Both the position numbers and the translations under genes were made by a program. From Kudoa neothunni (lineage: Eukaryota; Animalia; Cnidaria), in assembly GCA_964304625.1 (NCBI GenBank), contig OZ199838.1, positions 7,737,466-7,801,465 of the forward strand: 64,000 nucleotides of DNA. The letters run 5' to 3'. Below the pieces are notes generated by a model. That model saw only the letters and a list, made by a program, of their open reading frames with translations. It was not told where the DNA came from and did not search any database. Shown one piece after another: positions 24,045 through 36,453 of this stretch; position 1 is the stretch's first letter; each line of letters starts with the position of its first letter.

Positions 24045-26333
24045 GGCAGTGTCTATTGGCCCGAATAAATTGGTTTATTTAATTTTCGATCCTTTTATTA
24101 TAGTAAATCTGTGTTGTCTGATATAAAACAACTTGCACTTGTTTATTTAATTTTTTTATCGCGTTATATCGGTTACAAATATTCTGTATTATGTAATATG
24201 GTTTCGACTAAATGGACCGTAAAAAGTCTTTTTATTGAGTTTATGAGTTATTTATTTATTCAAATGAACATTTTTAGTTCTGATTTAATTTTTAACTATC
24301 TATGTAACTAAAATTTTTATTTTAATAGTTTTAATTTTATTGTAACGTGCATTGATTTGATTGTAATCATCCCCTAATGCTGTAATACAAAATTATTGTA
24401 AAAAAATGTAGGATTTTTCATCAGACCAAAAACATAAAGTATATAGTTGTTGTATTTAAAGATATTTGGTTATAGCAAAAGAAAAATTTTGATTTTACTC
24501 CTACGCGCGTGTTTACGAAATGGGATTGCCTGAACTTAATACGATTTTTCAAACCGGAAATACTTTTAGCATTTTTGGTGAGTCAAAGTTGAAAATAGAG
24601 TAATACGAACAAAACTCCATGGGTAGTTTATCTATATATGACTCTTAAACCATCAAAAGAGCTTAGAAGCGATGTAATAAAACGTTAAATCCAATACTTT
24701 AGTTTTATCATACAAAATACTGCTGGGTTCATCGCGACATAAACTTAATTTCTTCAAAAATTTAAATAAATTTTGTATATGCATTCAAGTTTGAAAACAT
24801 GCAGTCGTTATTTTAGAGAAAACGATCTGTTGGTAAAAGAAATTCGAATTCTTATTACAAAGCATGCCCAATGTTTCTAAAATTTTCAGTCACCGCCGAC
24901 GCAACAAAATTCGTATTAAAATCCTTTGACTTATCATATAACCATGATTCTATGAACTTTCCATCACAATTTTTGCATTGTAGAAATAAAATTTCAAAGG
25001 ATGAAAGTGATCTTATCGCTCAATTTGTTTAAGTTGACGGAAATTCCAAAGTAATCCAAGAAAAAATATTACGAGAACGGGGAATTTTGTTTCATTGAAT
25101 AAAGTGTCTAACATGAAGCACTCTTGTAAATCACATACAAAGAGCCTGCGATTTTAAAAAAATTCAAATAAAAAAGGAAGATATTTAGAGATATGGGAAA
25201 TCAACAATGAGACTATAGGCTGCGACATATGTCTTCAATCGAGCTATTTTAAATGCCAACATATTAAACTGAACCCGTCATCAAAATATTAGAGTTGTAT
25301 GAATTGTAAAACAGAAGAATGATAGTAAGAGAAATTGTGATAAAAAAGCTTTCGTTTTAATTCATATGCTATTTAAATATATCTTATACCATTATGAATA
25401 TGTATTTTACCCATCCATAAGATGGTATTTATGTTACAATAATTTAAAAGGATTTTTTTATCAAATATATTCAATCAATTTTACAAAATTCATATAGTCA
25501 TGCAGTAGAATTCATGAGAACATCTGTGTAATACACGGCTTGGTGAAAAAGTCTAAATCCAACATTTTTTGAATAAAATCACTAATAAAAAGTTATATAT
25601 TTAAACGTTGAAAATAATCTTCCAAATATGAATAAAATTGTTATAGTGGATAATAACAACTATATATTTTAATTGAGAACATTAAATTTCAACTAGTATC
25701 GTCAAAATTCAGTTTGTATGCAAAGTCTAAATAAGGGAGTATGTGAAGTGTCCTGATTAGGTGACATTAAATTAGGTATAAATCAATAAATTGGATTCAT
25801 CTTCAAATATAAAAATCATATTCACAACATATATTTAAATTGAGTGATATTATACCGATATTATAAAAAATATCAATGTAGGACATTTGACGCCATTTGG
25901 AGTTTTGGATTTACAACAATCATTTATGTGGATGAAATCAATTCGAAAATATTGAAAATACCAAATAACACGATTACAACAGTGAATTCATTTAAAACTA
26001 TGAATATAACACGGATATATCATATCAGAAAATTATTACTGCACGATACGTGGAACGAATAAATTTCTTACTGATGAAAAATCATAAAAACATTTCATTC
26101 AAATGTTAAACAAGTTTATGAAGAAAATAGAGCATTTACAGCGATAAATTACAATAATGATGAAGATGGGTCTTTCCTAAGTAACGCCTTATATCACAGA
26201 TTCCTGGGGACAAAATTCTTTTATTTTTTCACATTAATATATAATCCATTTTAATAATTGTTTGACTCATTAAAATTTAAAAAGAATCCCCTAAATAAGT
26301 AAAAACAATTTGTTCGGGCCAATAGACACTTCC
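24045..26333 (+). mobile_element. MULE (short TIR) inserted into the right TIR of piggyBac B
   Basis: TIRs GGCAGTGTCTATTGGCCCGAATAAATT / AATTTGTTCGGGCCAATAGACACTTCC; perfect 9-bp TSD TATGTAAAA. Remnant GNSKVIQEKILRERG resembles GANKKLIQSKIQSDRG of the MULE at 59964. PHD-like remnant at ~25175-25310. Confidence 0.9.
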
Positions 26334-26624
26334 TATGTAAAAATGACTACCCTCCAACGAACTTGGGGTCTTTTGGACCCCAAGTTTTCATTGCATAAAC
26401 ATAACCAAAAAAATATTATTAAGCGATACAAAAATTTTAATGAATTTTTATCGAATGACTTTTCAGAGAAACCACATCTCATAAAACGATTAATCTTATC
26501 TAATCTGGCTCGGTTGCCTTAAACAGCGTTTCGTAAACATTCGGCAGTAACATAAAACACGTCTAATAACGCAAAATAATAAAAACAATGCACATTATAT
26601 TTTTGTATAAAACTAGTATTATTT

Positions 26625-28212
26625 TCAACAAAACTTACATTTTTTTGATGAATGGCCTCGACAGGAAAAGCTACTACAGCTAACACAGCGGGTGTTAGTT
26701 TTTTTATCAGTCTCTCGAGGACAAAATTCGCATCGACTCTTTTTCAAATTAGAATCAGCAATGACTGGTTTAGCGGAGAGAGCTGAATGACTCCTTTTGA
26801 TAATTTCCTTGTCAAGTGTATTTTTAGCAAGGAATGGTCGGTAAAGGACTTGGGCCATCTCTTTCATAATTTGACGTCGCATTTTTTTTTGTTCAACAAA
26901 AATATATTTAAATAGCACAAAAGCATTGGTTAAAGATAAGTCGACCATATTAAAAAATACAATCATTGGCCATCGTCGAGTAAATCTTTTAACTGAAACC
27001 GACGACAACATTCTATCAATGGTATCTACACCACCCTTTGCTCTGTTGTAGTGTAAGATAGTTACTGGCTTATTTTTGCCCATTTCCTTGTCTGTATCTG
27101 TATTGTTGGTGCCAGTTGATAATATAATAACAGCCTTACCTTATTTGTTTACGTATGATGTCAACATACATTTTTTGAAGAACGCCAATGTGGTGCTGTA
27201 CAATTCTCTTCGTCTGTTTGGAAGAACACAAGATGGCAGATCTCGTTTGTCGTGACGAATGGTTCCCAAATATGTTAACTGTTTCGCCAGTAATTTTGTT
27301 GCAAACCCCAGAGAAGTGAAAAAATTATCTGCAACAACCGTTCTTCCAGAATAGTGAAATGGGGTTGTCAGAGAAAGTACAATGTTTTCACCCACGTTTA
27401 AGGTTCGACAAGCTTCACTTCCATTTTTTCCAAGATACGGAGAGACATTAAGAAGATATTTATCCTTTGGGTCCGCCAGCAGAAAGAATTTTAAACCATA
27501 TTTGGCTGGTTTTAATGGCATATATTGCCTAAACGGGCACCTTACCTTAAATGGCACTAACTGCTCATCTACAGTTATATCCTCATTAGGAGGGAAACAC
27601 AACGGAAAAATGTCAACCCACATATCCCATACACTACGGATGGCACAGAATTTATCAGTCGCCTTTCTTTGAACCCTAGTATTTGCATCATCAAAATGCA
27701 GAGATCTCGTTATTTGTCTGAAGCGGTTATATGAAAAAAGTTGACGATATAATTCTTTTCCTTCGGAAAGACTAAACAGCTCGATTAAAGGCTCCTCTCG
27801 ATCTTTATGAACAGCCATCAAAACAAGTGTTCCCAAATATGCCTTAAACTCAACATCATCTAGATCAGTCCAAGAATCTCTGAAGCGACTTCTTCCAAAT
27901 TCATTTGTATATTTTATTATTTCACCACAAATATTATTTGTAAAAAATATTGTGAAACAATCTTCAGTATCTTTGATTCTTTGAACTGAATATGCCGTTG
28001 GACCTGGTCGGGAAGAAAGTGTATTTTCAAAACAAACTTTCGATGAAGGGGGCTTTTTCAAAGTCCACACCGTTCCATTTTTGTCTATCGTAGCATCTGT
28101 AGGACACCCGTCATCTGACATTCCTTTCGTATTGTCGGATACCTCACAAAAAATCATCTAATTCACTAACAGACGATTCGATCTCATTGATATATTCCTC
28201 CGAATTACTCAT
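26625..28212 (-). pseudogene. piggyBac (PGBD4-like) transposase, 2-bp deletion near codon 22 and a stop at 27141
   Basis: TVDEQ, KPAKYGLK, ADNFFTS, YNRAKGGVDTID, RRWPM and C-terminal CEFC..CVSC..C..H..CKFC. Confidence 0.93.
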
Positions 28213-29499
28213 CTCGCTTCAAAAAATATAACTCACTTGTACATCGAAATAACCATATGGAGTGATATCGTTTTTTTGGTTAAAAATCATCAATGCTGAA
28301 GGAAGTAAAATTTAAATAAGGACATCATCTCAATACAAAAATATCATTTAGTTTTAAACCTACCAGTAATGTAGGGTTCATGTGTATTAAAAATGTATTT
28401 CCTAAAACTTCATCGATATTAAGAAAATAATAAACAATTTCGAAATATAATTTATTGTTATAAAATGATTTAAGAAATGTAAGTCAACAGTTTGTAAACA
28501 TTTTATGATTTTGAAAGTCATAAACAATCAAAAACTAACGCCAAACAGCATATTTGTGTTGAATTTTGTTAACGATTGTATACAAAAGTACTGGCGATTT
28601 CCCGAGGGGATTAAAGAGGATTAATTTACACATTAAATTGTCATTTTTCTCAAAGTTTCGTCTATAGAAATTTCTGCATTTTTATATTACTTATTTTTAT
28701 ATTTTTTTAACAATAGCGAAACAAAAAAAATTGGGGTCTTTTAGACCCCAAGTTCGTTAAAGGATAATTTTATTTTTCTGAGCTATATTATCTTTATTTT
28801 TTTCTCCAAAGTTTGGTAATTTTTAACTATTATAAATTTATGAGAATAGCCAGGATAAAAAGCTTTGAAAACTACTACGTAAAATTCTATACCTCATTTA
28901 ATATCGGTTTGGGGTCCAAAAGACCCCAAGTTCGCTAGAGGGTCAGACTTATTGGGAAATAATATGTTTTACACACCTCAAAGAGCCAACGCCCTGGAAC
29001 TTAAAAGGAGAAAGTTTGCAAGGGAGGTGATAGCTTCGAGATGAGGTTTTCTACTAGATTAAATTTATAAACTACCGCTGAAAGATAAGGCAAGATGTCT
29101 GTTGAATCCTTATGGTGTCTACAACGTTGATGGAACCGGCCAAAACTTCGGAGACTAATAAAATGACCTGCGTTTGAGATACGCCTTTGAGCAAAATACC
29201 TGATATAAAACTAACTAATTGAATTATTCTAATAGATTTAAAGTTATTTTTGTAAAATTTTAACATAACTTCAAAAAAATTCACATGTTATTAGGATTTA
29301 TCCACCTTAACTTTTTACCCAACTGTTTTCACACATTATTATTTGAACAAATGAGTATGAATGTAATAAACTTAAAACTACTTTCTTGTAAAACGTAAAA
29401 ATTTTAGGCTGAAACATCATATTTTACTGTTATCGAAAACGCAGACAAACGACGGTATTCATGTTTAAAAAACATTTGATTACATTCAATAATATCTGT

Positions 29500-32399
29500 C
29501 TATTTTAAAGGTTTACTACATTCGTTGAGACCATACATTTTGGCAGTTGCTTCATAGATCAAAAAGCGCCAAAGCTTTATAGTAAACTCTTCGGCTTCAT
29601 TTTCGAGAATCTAAAACAAAAATGAATAAATATCCATATTAGAAAATAATAAAACAAAAAACTATTTTATTCGAATTCAAGATATACCATTGAAATAGCT
29701 TCAATAATTTCCTGAGGTTTTGACTGTTGATAAACTTTTGTACAGATAAAATCAACTAGGGTATTTTCTTCAACACCAATGAGTTCTTTCACTTTTCGTG
29801 AGATCCATGGCTTGATTCGTTCTTCTATTAATTTCTAGAGAGGGTGATATTTGAATCAGCACACAAAACTGACCACATTACCTTATCAACATGATCCCAC
29901 ATAACTTTGTAAGCGAACAACTCCTCTTTTTCAGTAGGTATCGAACTGATAATTTTCTTTATACGTTTTTTTTTCTCCTCGGGCGTAAGTGATTCTGCAT
30001 GATATCCAGGAGGTAGCTCAACAAGTGGCACCTCTTTGTGTTCAGCGTCAGTTATCATAGTAAGTTTAGTTTTTTTCTTGACATAGATATCATCGTGACC
30101 AGATTCACCCAGTTTGGAAACATCGCTATTAACAATACGCGACGTGGAAATTTGAGATGATGAATTATTCTAATAGTAAATAGGTCAATGTGCAATAAAT
30201 TAACATCGATAGAGGTTAGGGCACATCAAATTAATTTTTGAAGTTATCTATGCATTAGTTAAAATAATGTTAAATCTCCCAAACTATTATTATTTTACGT
30301 GATACAAAAATTAATTTAAACATTTTTCTATAGTTTATCAAATATTGTTGATTGCAATCATAACCGCCTCCGAGAGTAAAATAAATTACGTTATTTGAGG
30401 TATTTAGTTTGATTCCAAAAGTCTTTTTCTCTTTTGTTATTTCGCTTGAAGGACCTTCCATTCTTTCGCTAATAGTAGACCATTCTTGTTTTTTATCCAT
30501 TGTTTTGGTTTTGATTTCATTATTTGGCAACAACTCAGACTCAGCAGACAAATTGACTGTTGATTTCGGTTGATTCACAGGCACATAATTCTTAACAGAA
30601 TCTTGATTGGTATCATAATCTAATGTGGTTGTTACGCTATCATCAACTTCGAAAGCTGCGACTGGACGCACCATTATAACATCCATATTAAATGATGAAG
30701 GTTCTTTGGGTGCGACAGTATCCTTAGAATCGACCTGAATACTTGGAACTTCACACGAATTTTCTGAGGGATTCAGTTTAGGCAATTCAACCTTTAAGCT
30801 GTTGACTCTTTCCTTCATTAGCATGATTATTTCAAACGAAAAAATAATGAACAAAACGATACTTGAAGTTCTTTTTCTCTTTTCTTTTTTCTTTCTTCCA
30901 ATTCCTTCGTCTCTTGTTGAGCATCTTGTTCATCAATTTCTAATTCTTCATTTCTAAAGTTCAATTTTTCATCCCACGCATCACCCCTAATAGTTAAATA
31001 GGTCATTAGTCAGTAATTCGTACACCTAATAAAGCTACTTATAATATTTTTCATCATCGACATCATCGTTATAGTTGTTAACAAACTTTTTGAGTTTCTC
31101 TTCGTAATCCTTTCTTCGTTTAAGCTTTCTTTTCAGTTTACTTTCGAAATGATGTATTTCATCATCAAGAAAATCTTCATAACTTTCCCATCGTTTAAGT
31201 TTCTATTATGAGTAATAAGAAATAGTTGAAAAGCGCAAAAAACTCTATACATCTTTGAATATTTTTTCTTTTTCCACCTTTTTGCGTTCACGGCGCCTTT
31301 TTTCGTAGGCAACATCATCTTCATCCATATATAAACTTACAAAAGGATGTCCAAAATTCCGCTTGCTATCCTAAATATATTTATGGTTTAACAACGTGGT
31401 ATTCTGTGCAATAACTTTACACTTAATGATGATGGATCAGCAACGTCATCTGGAGTTTGACTATCTTCATTCTTTAGAACGTTAAAAAAATCCAACATGC
31501 TATCACATATACCAATAATGTTGTCGCTCTTGATCCAACTAACGACGTTAAATATTAAAAAAATGCAATAACGACAAAACACATACTTGAGGACTTTCCT
31601 GAAAGTAAATCCGAGTTCTCTTTAAGTAGCTGATCTATTTCTTCTTGCGACTTAGCGTCTTGCTCAGCACGAATAAAAGTCATAGCACTCACAGGTAATT
31701 GATATTTTTGCTGCGCCATACGTTTGTTGCTGGATTGAAATTTGTTTTTGTTTTCATATTCGTCCAAAAGGGCACGTGTTTTCGCGTCGACCTTCACAAC
31801 AAGAGGTTTGTCTCCGATTTTAAATCCATTCAACAATCTCATCGCACGAAGACCAGCTTCCTGATCTTGAAATTCGCAAAAGCCAAACGATTGATATTTT
31901 CCATTTGCTCCAAGTACGCGCTTCCAATTTTCGATCGCCCCACATTTCCCCATTAGACTTTGCATAAATTCATCTGTGCTATAATCGGAAATATTTCCAA
32001 TGAATACAGTGGTTTTTTTGTTATTATCAAGTAGACTGTTCTAAAAAAATCTTTAAAAATACGTTCAAACCCCCGTCTTTAATATACCCTTGATGCTATT
32101 GCATTAGATAAAGGCGTAGTGATTGTGGACTAAATAGTTTAACAATTAAACCCAGTTATCACAACAATGCGAAAGATTTAGTTGTTCAAATATAACAAAT
32201 TTTACAATATATTCCTATATTTATTTAACAATTTAATGAGATTTTGTTGTCTAGAATTCAACCTATCTTTGAAACTATCAACTTTATCTCAAAATTCTAA
32301 ATTTCCGTACCGTTCCTTGCTGATTGTTTGACGTCGCATTTCCTAGACACAAATGTAAATTATTTAGTTACTTATAACACAAATACCTGCTGAGTACAT
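29500..32399 (-). CDS. RBM25: RNA-binding protein 25 (RRM, charged region, PWI domain), about 14 exons
   Basis: RRM TTVFIGNISD..KCGAIENWKRVLGANGKYQSFGFCEF..LVVKVDAKT; middle KLKRWE..YNDDVDDEKYY; C-terminus EEKKKRIKKIISSIPTEKEELF, RIKPWISRKVKELIGVEENTLVDFIC, ILENEAEEFTIKLWRFLIYE. TAG at 29500-29502. The proposed start exon 32399-32387 is less certain. Confidence 0.93.
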
Positions 32400-33035
32400 A
32401 GTCCCGTCGTCGGAAGCTTTGTGCAAAGTTGAGAGTTGCGCGTGCGCACAATCTATACTTTACCGCTTGATTTTATTTATTGATAGAATCTGTTTTGCAC
32501 ATTTAAACAACTTATTTGCCATTAGATTCTTGACAGAAATTATAGATTTCACATGATTTACATTTATCCGACAACTGAACCTCTGATTATTATACTCTGA
32601 AGCAACGAGGCAAACATCCCTATTCATTTGTCTAAATTTTTAGATAAAATAAAACTTTTTTTTTCTAAGGAATATTGATTCCCTTCCATAGTTAATGAAA
32701 GTAGTAATATAATATGAGTATTATTATGTAATCTAAATTGACCTTGAACCAAATCAAACAACTTTCGAGTAAAAACTCTAAGTTATTAAATAGTTGAAAT
32801 CGTTAACAAACTCCAAATCTATCTATGTTGAATTATTTACGATATATAAAAACTTTAAAGCATTATTTTTAGTGATACCCAGAATACATTACAGATTTCT
32901 ATCCAAATTTATGAATTTATGAAGCTTTTATTTTTAAATTTCCTAGACCGACAAGACTGGAAATTTGTATTCTTTGAGCTTAAAACAGAGGTTAATGCGT
33001 ACTCTTCCTCACCGCCGAATTAGTATCCCCTAGAT

Positions 33036-33500
33036 CAGTGGTGGGCACAATTTTTAGGAGTGCGGGCCATATTAGCGCATTACAGAAATTTGGAGGCCGC
33101 ATTGGTGACTACACGTTTTTTTGATAATTTAAACACCTGTTGGTGGCTTTACTAACATTTTGAGTACAATAAAAAAAGTAAACATATAAATTAATTTAAA
33201 AATGATTTCAATTAGTAAACTTAATACGGAATTAAATAGATTTTTCAAATATAGAAACTTTGTGATTGGCATACTATTGTAAGCTACGATTGGAATAATT
33301 GGCTTTATCTATATATACGGTAGAGGTTGGATATTGCGTGGGTTTCTGGGACTAGAAAAAAACACGCAATACAAAGTTTTTACGCAATATCCAGTTTGAT
33401 ACGTGAGCGTCACACTGTAAAATACGACTTTCTTTTGCTTACGTTTGATGATTATTCCTACAAATAAAGTTTGTCCAAACACAGATAACATATGCAAGGC
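33036..33500. mobile_element. orphan hAT terminus followed by an orphan Tigger-type terminus
   Basis: CCCTAGAT|CAGTGGTGGGCACAA..GCGGGCCA..GGCCGC (Charlie-like). TA|CGGTAGAGGTTGGATATTGCG at ~33318 shares the GATATTGCG motif of the other Tigger TIRs. No partner ends found. Confidence 0.5.
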
Positions 33501-34383
33501 AATTAATTAGGGCGCGCTCATATTTTTACGCCTACGTATATTTTGTGTGTATTTACGGAACTGTGGTTTTCTTGGTGCACATTACATTTGGTTACAGGGA
33601 TGAAAGTAACAGAATTAATGTTTGATGAATCGATTGTAGATCATTTGGACGAAGTGGCAGCTACGATTGTTTTAAAGGGGCTGACTGGTGAGCAGGCTTA
33701 TGCTTACTATTATTTGGCGAACCCAAACCACTTAGACAATTCATCGTTCCCGATGACAACTTAAAAGAGACGTTAGAGCCATTGGAGGCCAATATAACGG
33801 CTTACGCCATGAGAAATACAAACGCGGAGTCCGTTTGGAACAATTTTGTTGGCGCCGGAATAAGCTATAATGAATCAGTGAAAGAATATTGCAATAGACC
33901 AGGGCTTCCCTATCGGGGGTGCGAGAAACGGTTCTAGGGGATGCGGATATCAAGTTTCGGTGTACCTAGATCATTTAAGCCAGTGGTTCTTAACCTGGGT
34001 TCAGTGAAGAAATTCCAAATTTTAGATCAAATCTAGGATTAATATTCTTTATAATTTTGATATTTTAAATAAACCTTCTATTGGTTGTATTTATAATCCT
34101 AATTAGAAGCTCTATTAAAAAGATAATATTGATCAATTAAAAAATTATTGATAATTTAATTACAATTATTATTTGAGCATTTGAAATTCTTTTCGATTTA
34201 TCTGATTAGTACAATCACGTGTAACGGGTTACAGAGTTTACTGCGCGGCAGCGTTATTTGCTTGCTAATTTTGTGAGGGCTACTGGAAATAAATATCGGC
34301 TCGTTGAATGTTTAACAAAAAAATAAAGTGGTCAAATGATTTTTTACAGTTCGGGTTTACCTATGTTACGGAACTTAATGGTA

Positions 34384-36453
34384 CAGTGGGTGAGGGCTAA
34401 TTCGTAATCCCTTTGGGACCAGAGAAAAAGTGTGAATTAAACATCAATGCTGATTAATTCGTATTTTTATTTATCTCACGCGCAAAAAATTTGGGTCGAT
34501 TTTATAAGAAATGTGATATTATCCTACTTTTTTTTAATAAAAATCGTTATTTTCGTTTGCTTAAATCCTTTTTTTGAGATTAGAAACATCTCTTCTAGTT
34601 TGTGAAGATAATCCAAAATATTTGATCCATTCTTAATTAAGTATCCCTTTAAATATTCAAAGCATTTCAGCGTTTCTTTTGTAGTATATGACTCTTCTTT
34701 GTATGTTTCGGGTTCACAATCAGATAATTCTTCTATATCCATGGTTGTCCTCAAATTCACAGACTTGTACGAGTTCTTCTTCATCTTGGCATTGTATTAT
34801 CTCTGGATCGTCGATTTCATCTAAAACTTCATAGTATACAGATTCGTCCATGTATAATTATTAAGTTTGTATAAAATAGTAATAAGGATCTTCGTTACCA
34901 TCGAATCTGAATCCGGCTTTCTTGTAACAATTGGATATTGTTTGGATCGTTACGTCCTCCCACGATTTTTTTACAAGTACCAACGCATCTAATAAATCAA
35001 TTGGCTTAGGTTCGACATCATTCTCAACTAAAAATGTAGATCTATTTATTAGATATCTTCTATAAACAGCTTTAAATGAATTAATAATCCCTTGATTCAT
35101 AGGTTGCAAAACATTAGTTGTGTTTTTAGGGAAAAATAATAATTAAATATTTGATAATTATAATGGTGAATGGCAACTCGCATTATCATGAAATAGCACA
35201 ATTTTTTTGTTCTGCTCTTTGAAATTAGAATTTAATTTAACTAAATATTTCTTAAATATCTCTGAGGTCATCCATGCTTTCTTATTGGAGAAGTAAGGAA
35301 CTGGATTATCTTTCAAATTTTTAAAACACCTTGGTTTTTCATGATGACCAATCACTAATGGTTCCAATTTTTCGCCTAATAATGATGCTCCCAATAAAAG
35401 CGTAACTCTTTTTTTATCGCTTTGAGCATTTTGCATTTACCTCAGTAGATAGAACATAACTTCTTCCTAAATTAGGCTACCATAAATACGTTCGCGTGAA
35501 TATAACGTATTGTAAAATAGTTCTTAAAAAATTCCAATGGGTATTTGTTGATGATTGACATAAATTAAATGTTGATATAATTATTTTTTTAACGACATGT
35601 AGCAAGTCAATGACGCTTTTTGTCGTTATTGTATAGCTTATATATCTTACTGGGATGTTGTTTATAGAATAAAGCTGTTTCATCAATGTTGTACACTTGT
35701 TCAGCTTTATAATTTTTCAATATATTTTTTAATTGAAGTTTCCAATCATCGACAGTTTCCATGTTTACCATGTTTGTCTCACCATGAAAATTTAGTCGTC
35801 GTAAATTAAATCTTTCGTTGAATCCACGAAACCAACCATAGCTCATATCTTCCGCTTCTTTATTAATGTTTTTTGCAAACTCATTTCGTTTCGAAATAAT
35901 TTCCAACGACGAAATTTCCAATTTTTTAGACCTCATCTATATTAACCACTCAAAAACTTGTTGACCAATTTCATCAATTGAACCCTTTTTCAAGGTTTTA
36001 CGATTTTTCTTGACTACTCCGGTCTCAACGAAGCTCCTTATTTCCTCTTTTTTCAATAATATTCCATTCAAAGTTGAAATAGAGGATAAACCAAAATGTT
36101 TCACTGTGTGACTTTTAGCATTTGTTGGAGGCTAAATTTCGAAGTATTTAATAATATTATATTTTTCGATAAGTGTCATCCATTTATGTTTTCTTTGTTC
36201 ATCCATATTTCTGTATTAAATGATACCGACGCGCGCTTTGCATCCCTGCTCGTCGGAAATTAGTACGAATTATCCATCAATGGGTTTAACTCATAAAATT
36301 TTCTTATATTTAATAGGATAAAACATTTTTAAGTTGTATAATGTCATAATTAATTATTCTACCCATATATATATATATATATAATGATAAAAACCTCCAG
36401 GTTTATTTATTTTGGCGACAATGAAAAAAGTGCGAATTATCCGTCACCCACTG
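34384..36453 (-). mobile_element. pogo/Tigger transposon
   Basis: TIRs CAGTGGGTGA(G/C)GG(C/A)TAATTCG; TA TSD. Confidence 0.92.
34524..36206 (-). pseudogene. Tigger transposase with a probable 184-bp intron (35467-35650)
   Basis: SYGWFRGFNERF, YNIDETALFYK, KKRVTLLLGASLLGEKL, HDNASCH, PKNTTNVLQPMNQGII and KQTKIT, with several stops and frameshifts. Confidence 0.9.

Larger units (their letters stand above)
24026..28942 (-). mobile_element. piggyBac transposon copy B (right TIR split by a MULE)
   Basis: The right end TTAA|CCCTCTAAGTTATGTAAAA[MULE]ATGACTACCCTCCAACG equals copy A's right end. The left end CCCTCTAGCGAACTTGGGGTCTTTTGGACCCC at 28942 is flanked by TCAG rather than TTAA. Confidence 0.9.

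Noticed and set aside
26155-26215. OTU protease motif in the MULE cargo (DEDGSFLSNALYHRFLG)
   Set aside because: It lacks the catalytic Cys and no downstream OTU sequence follows before the TIR.
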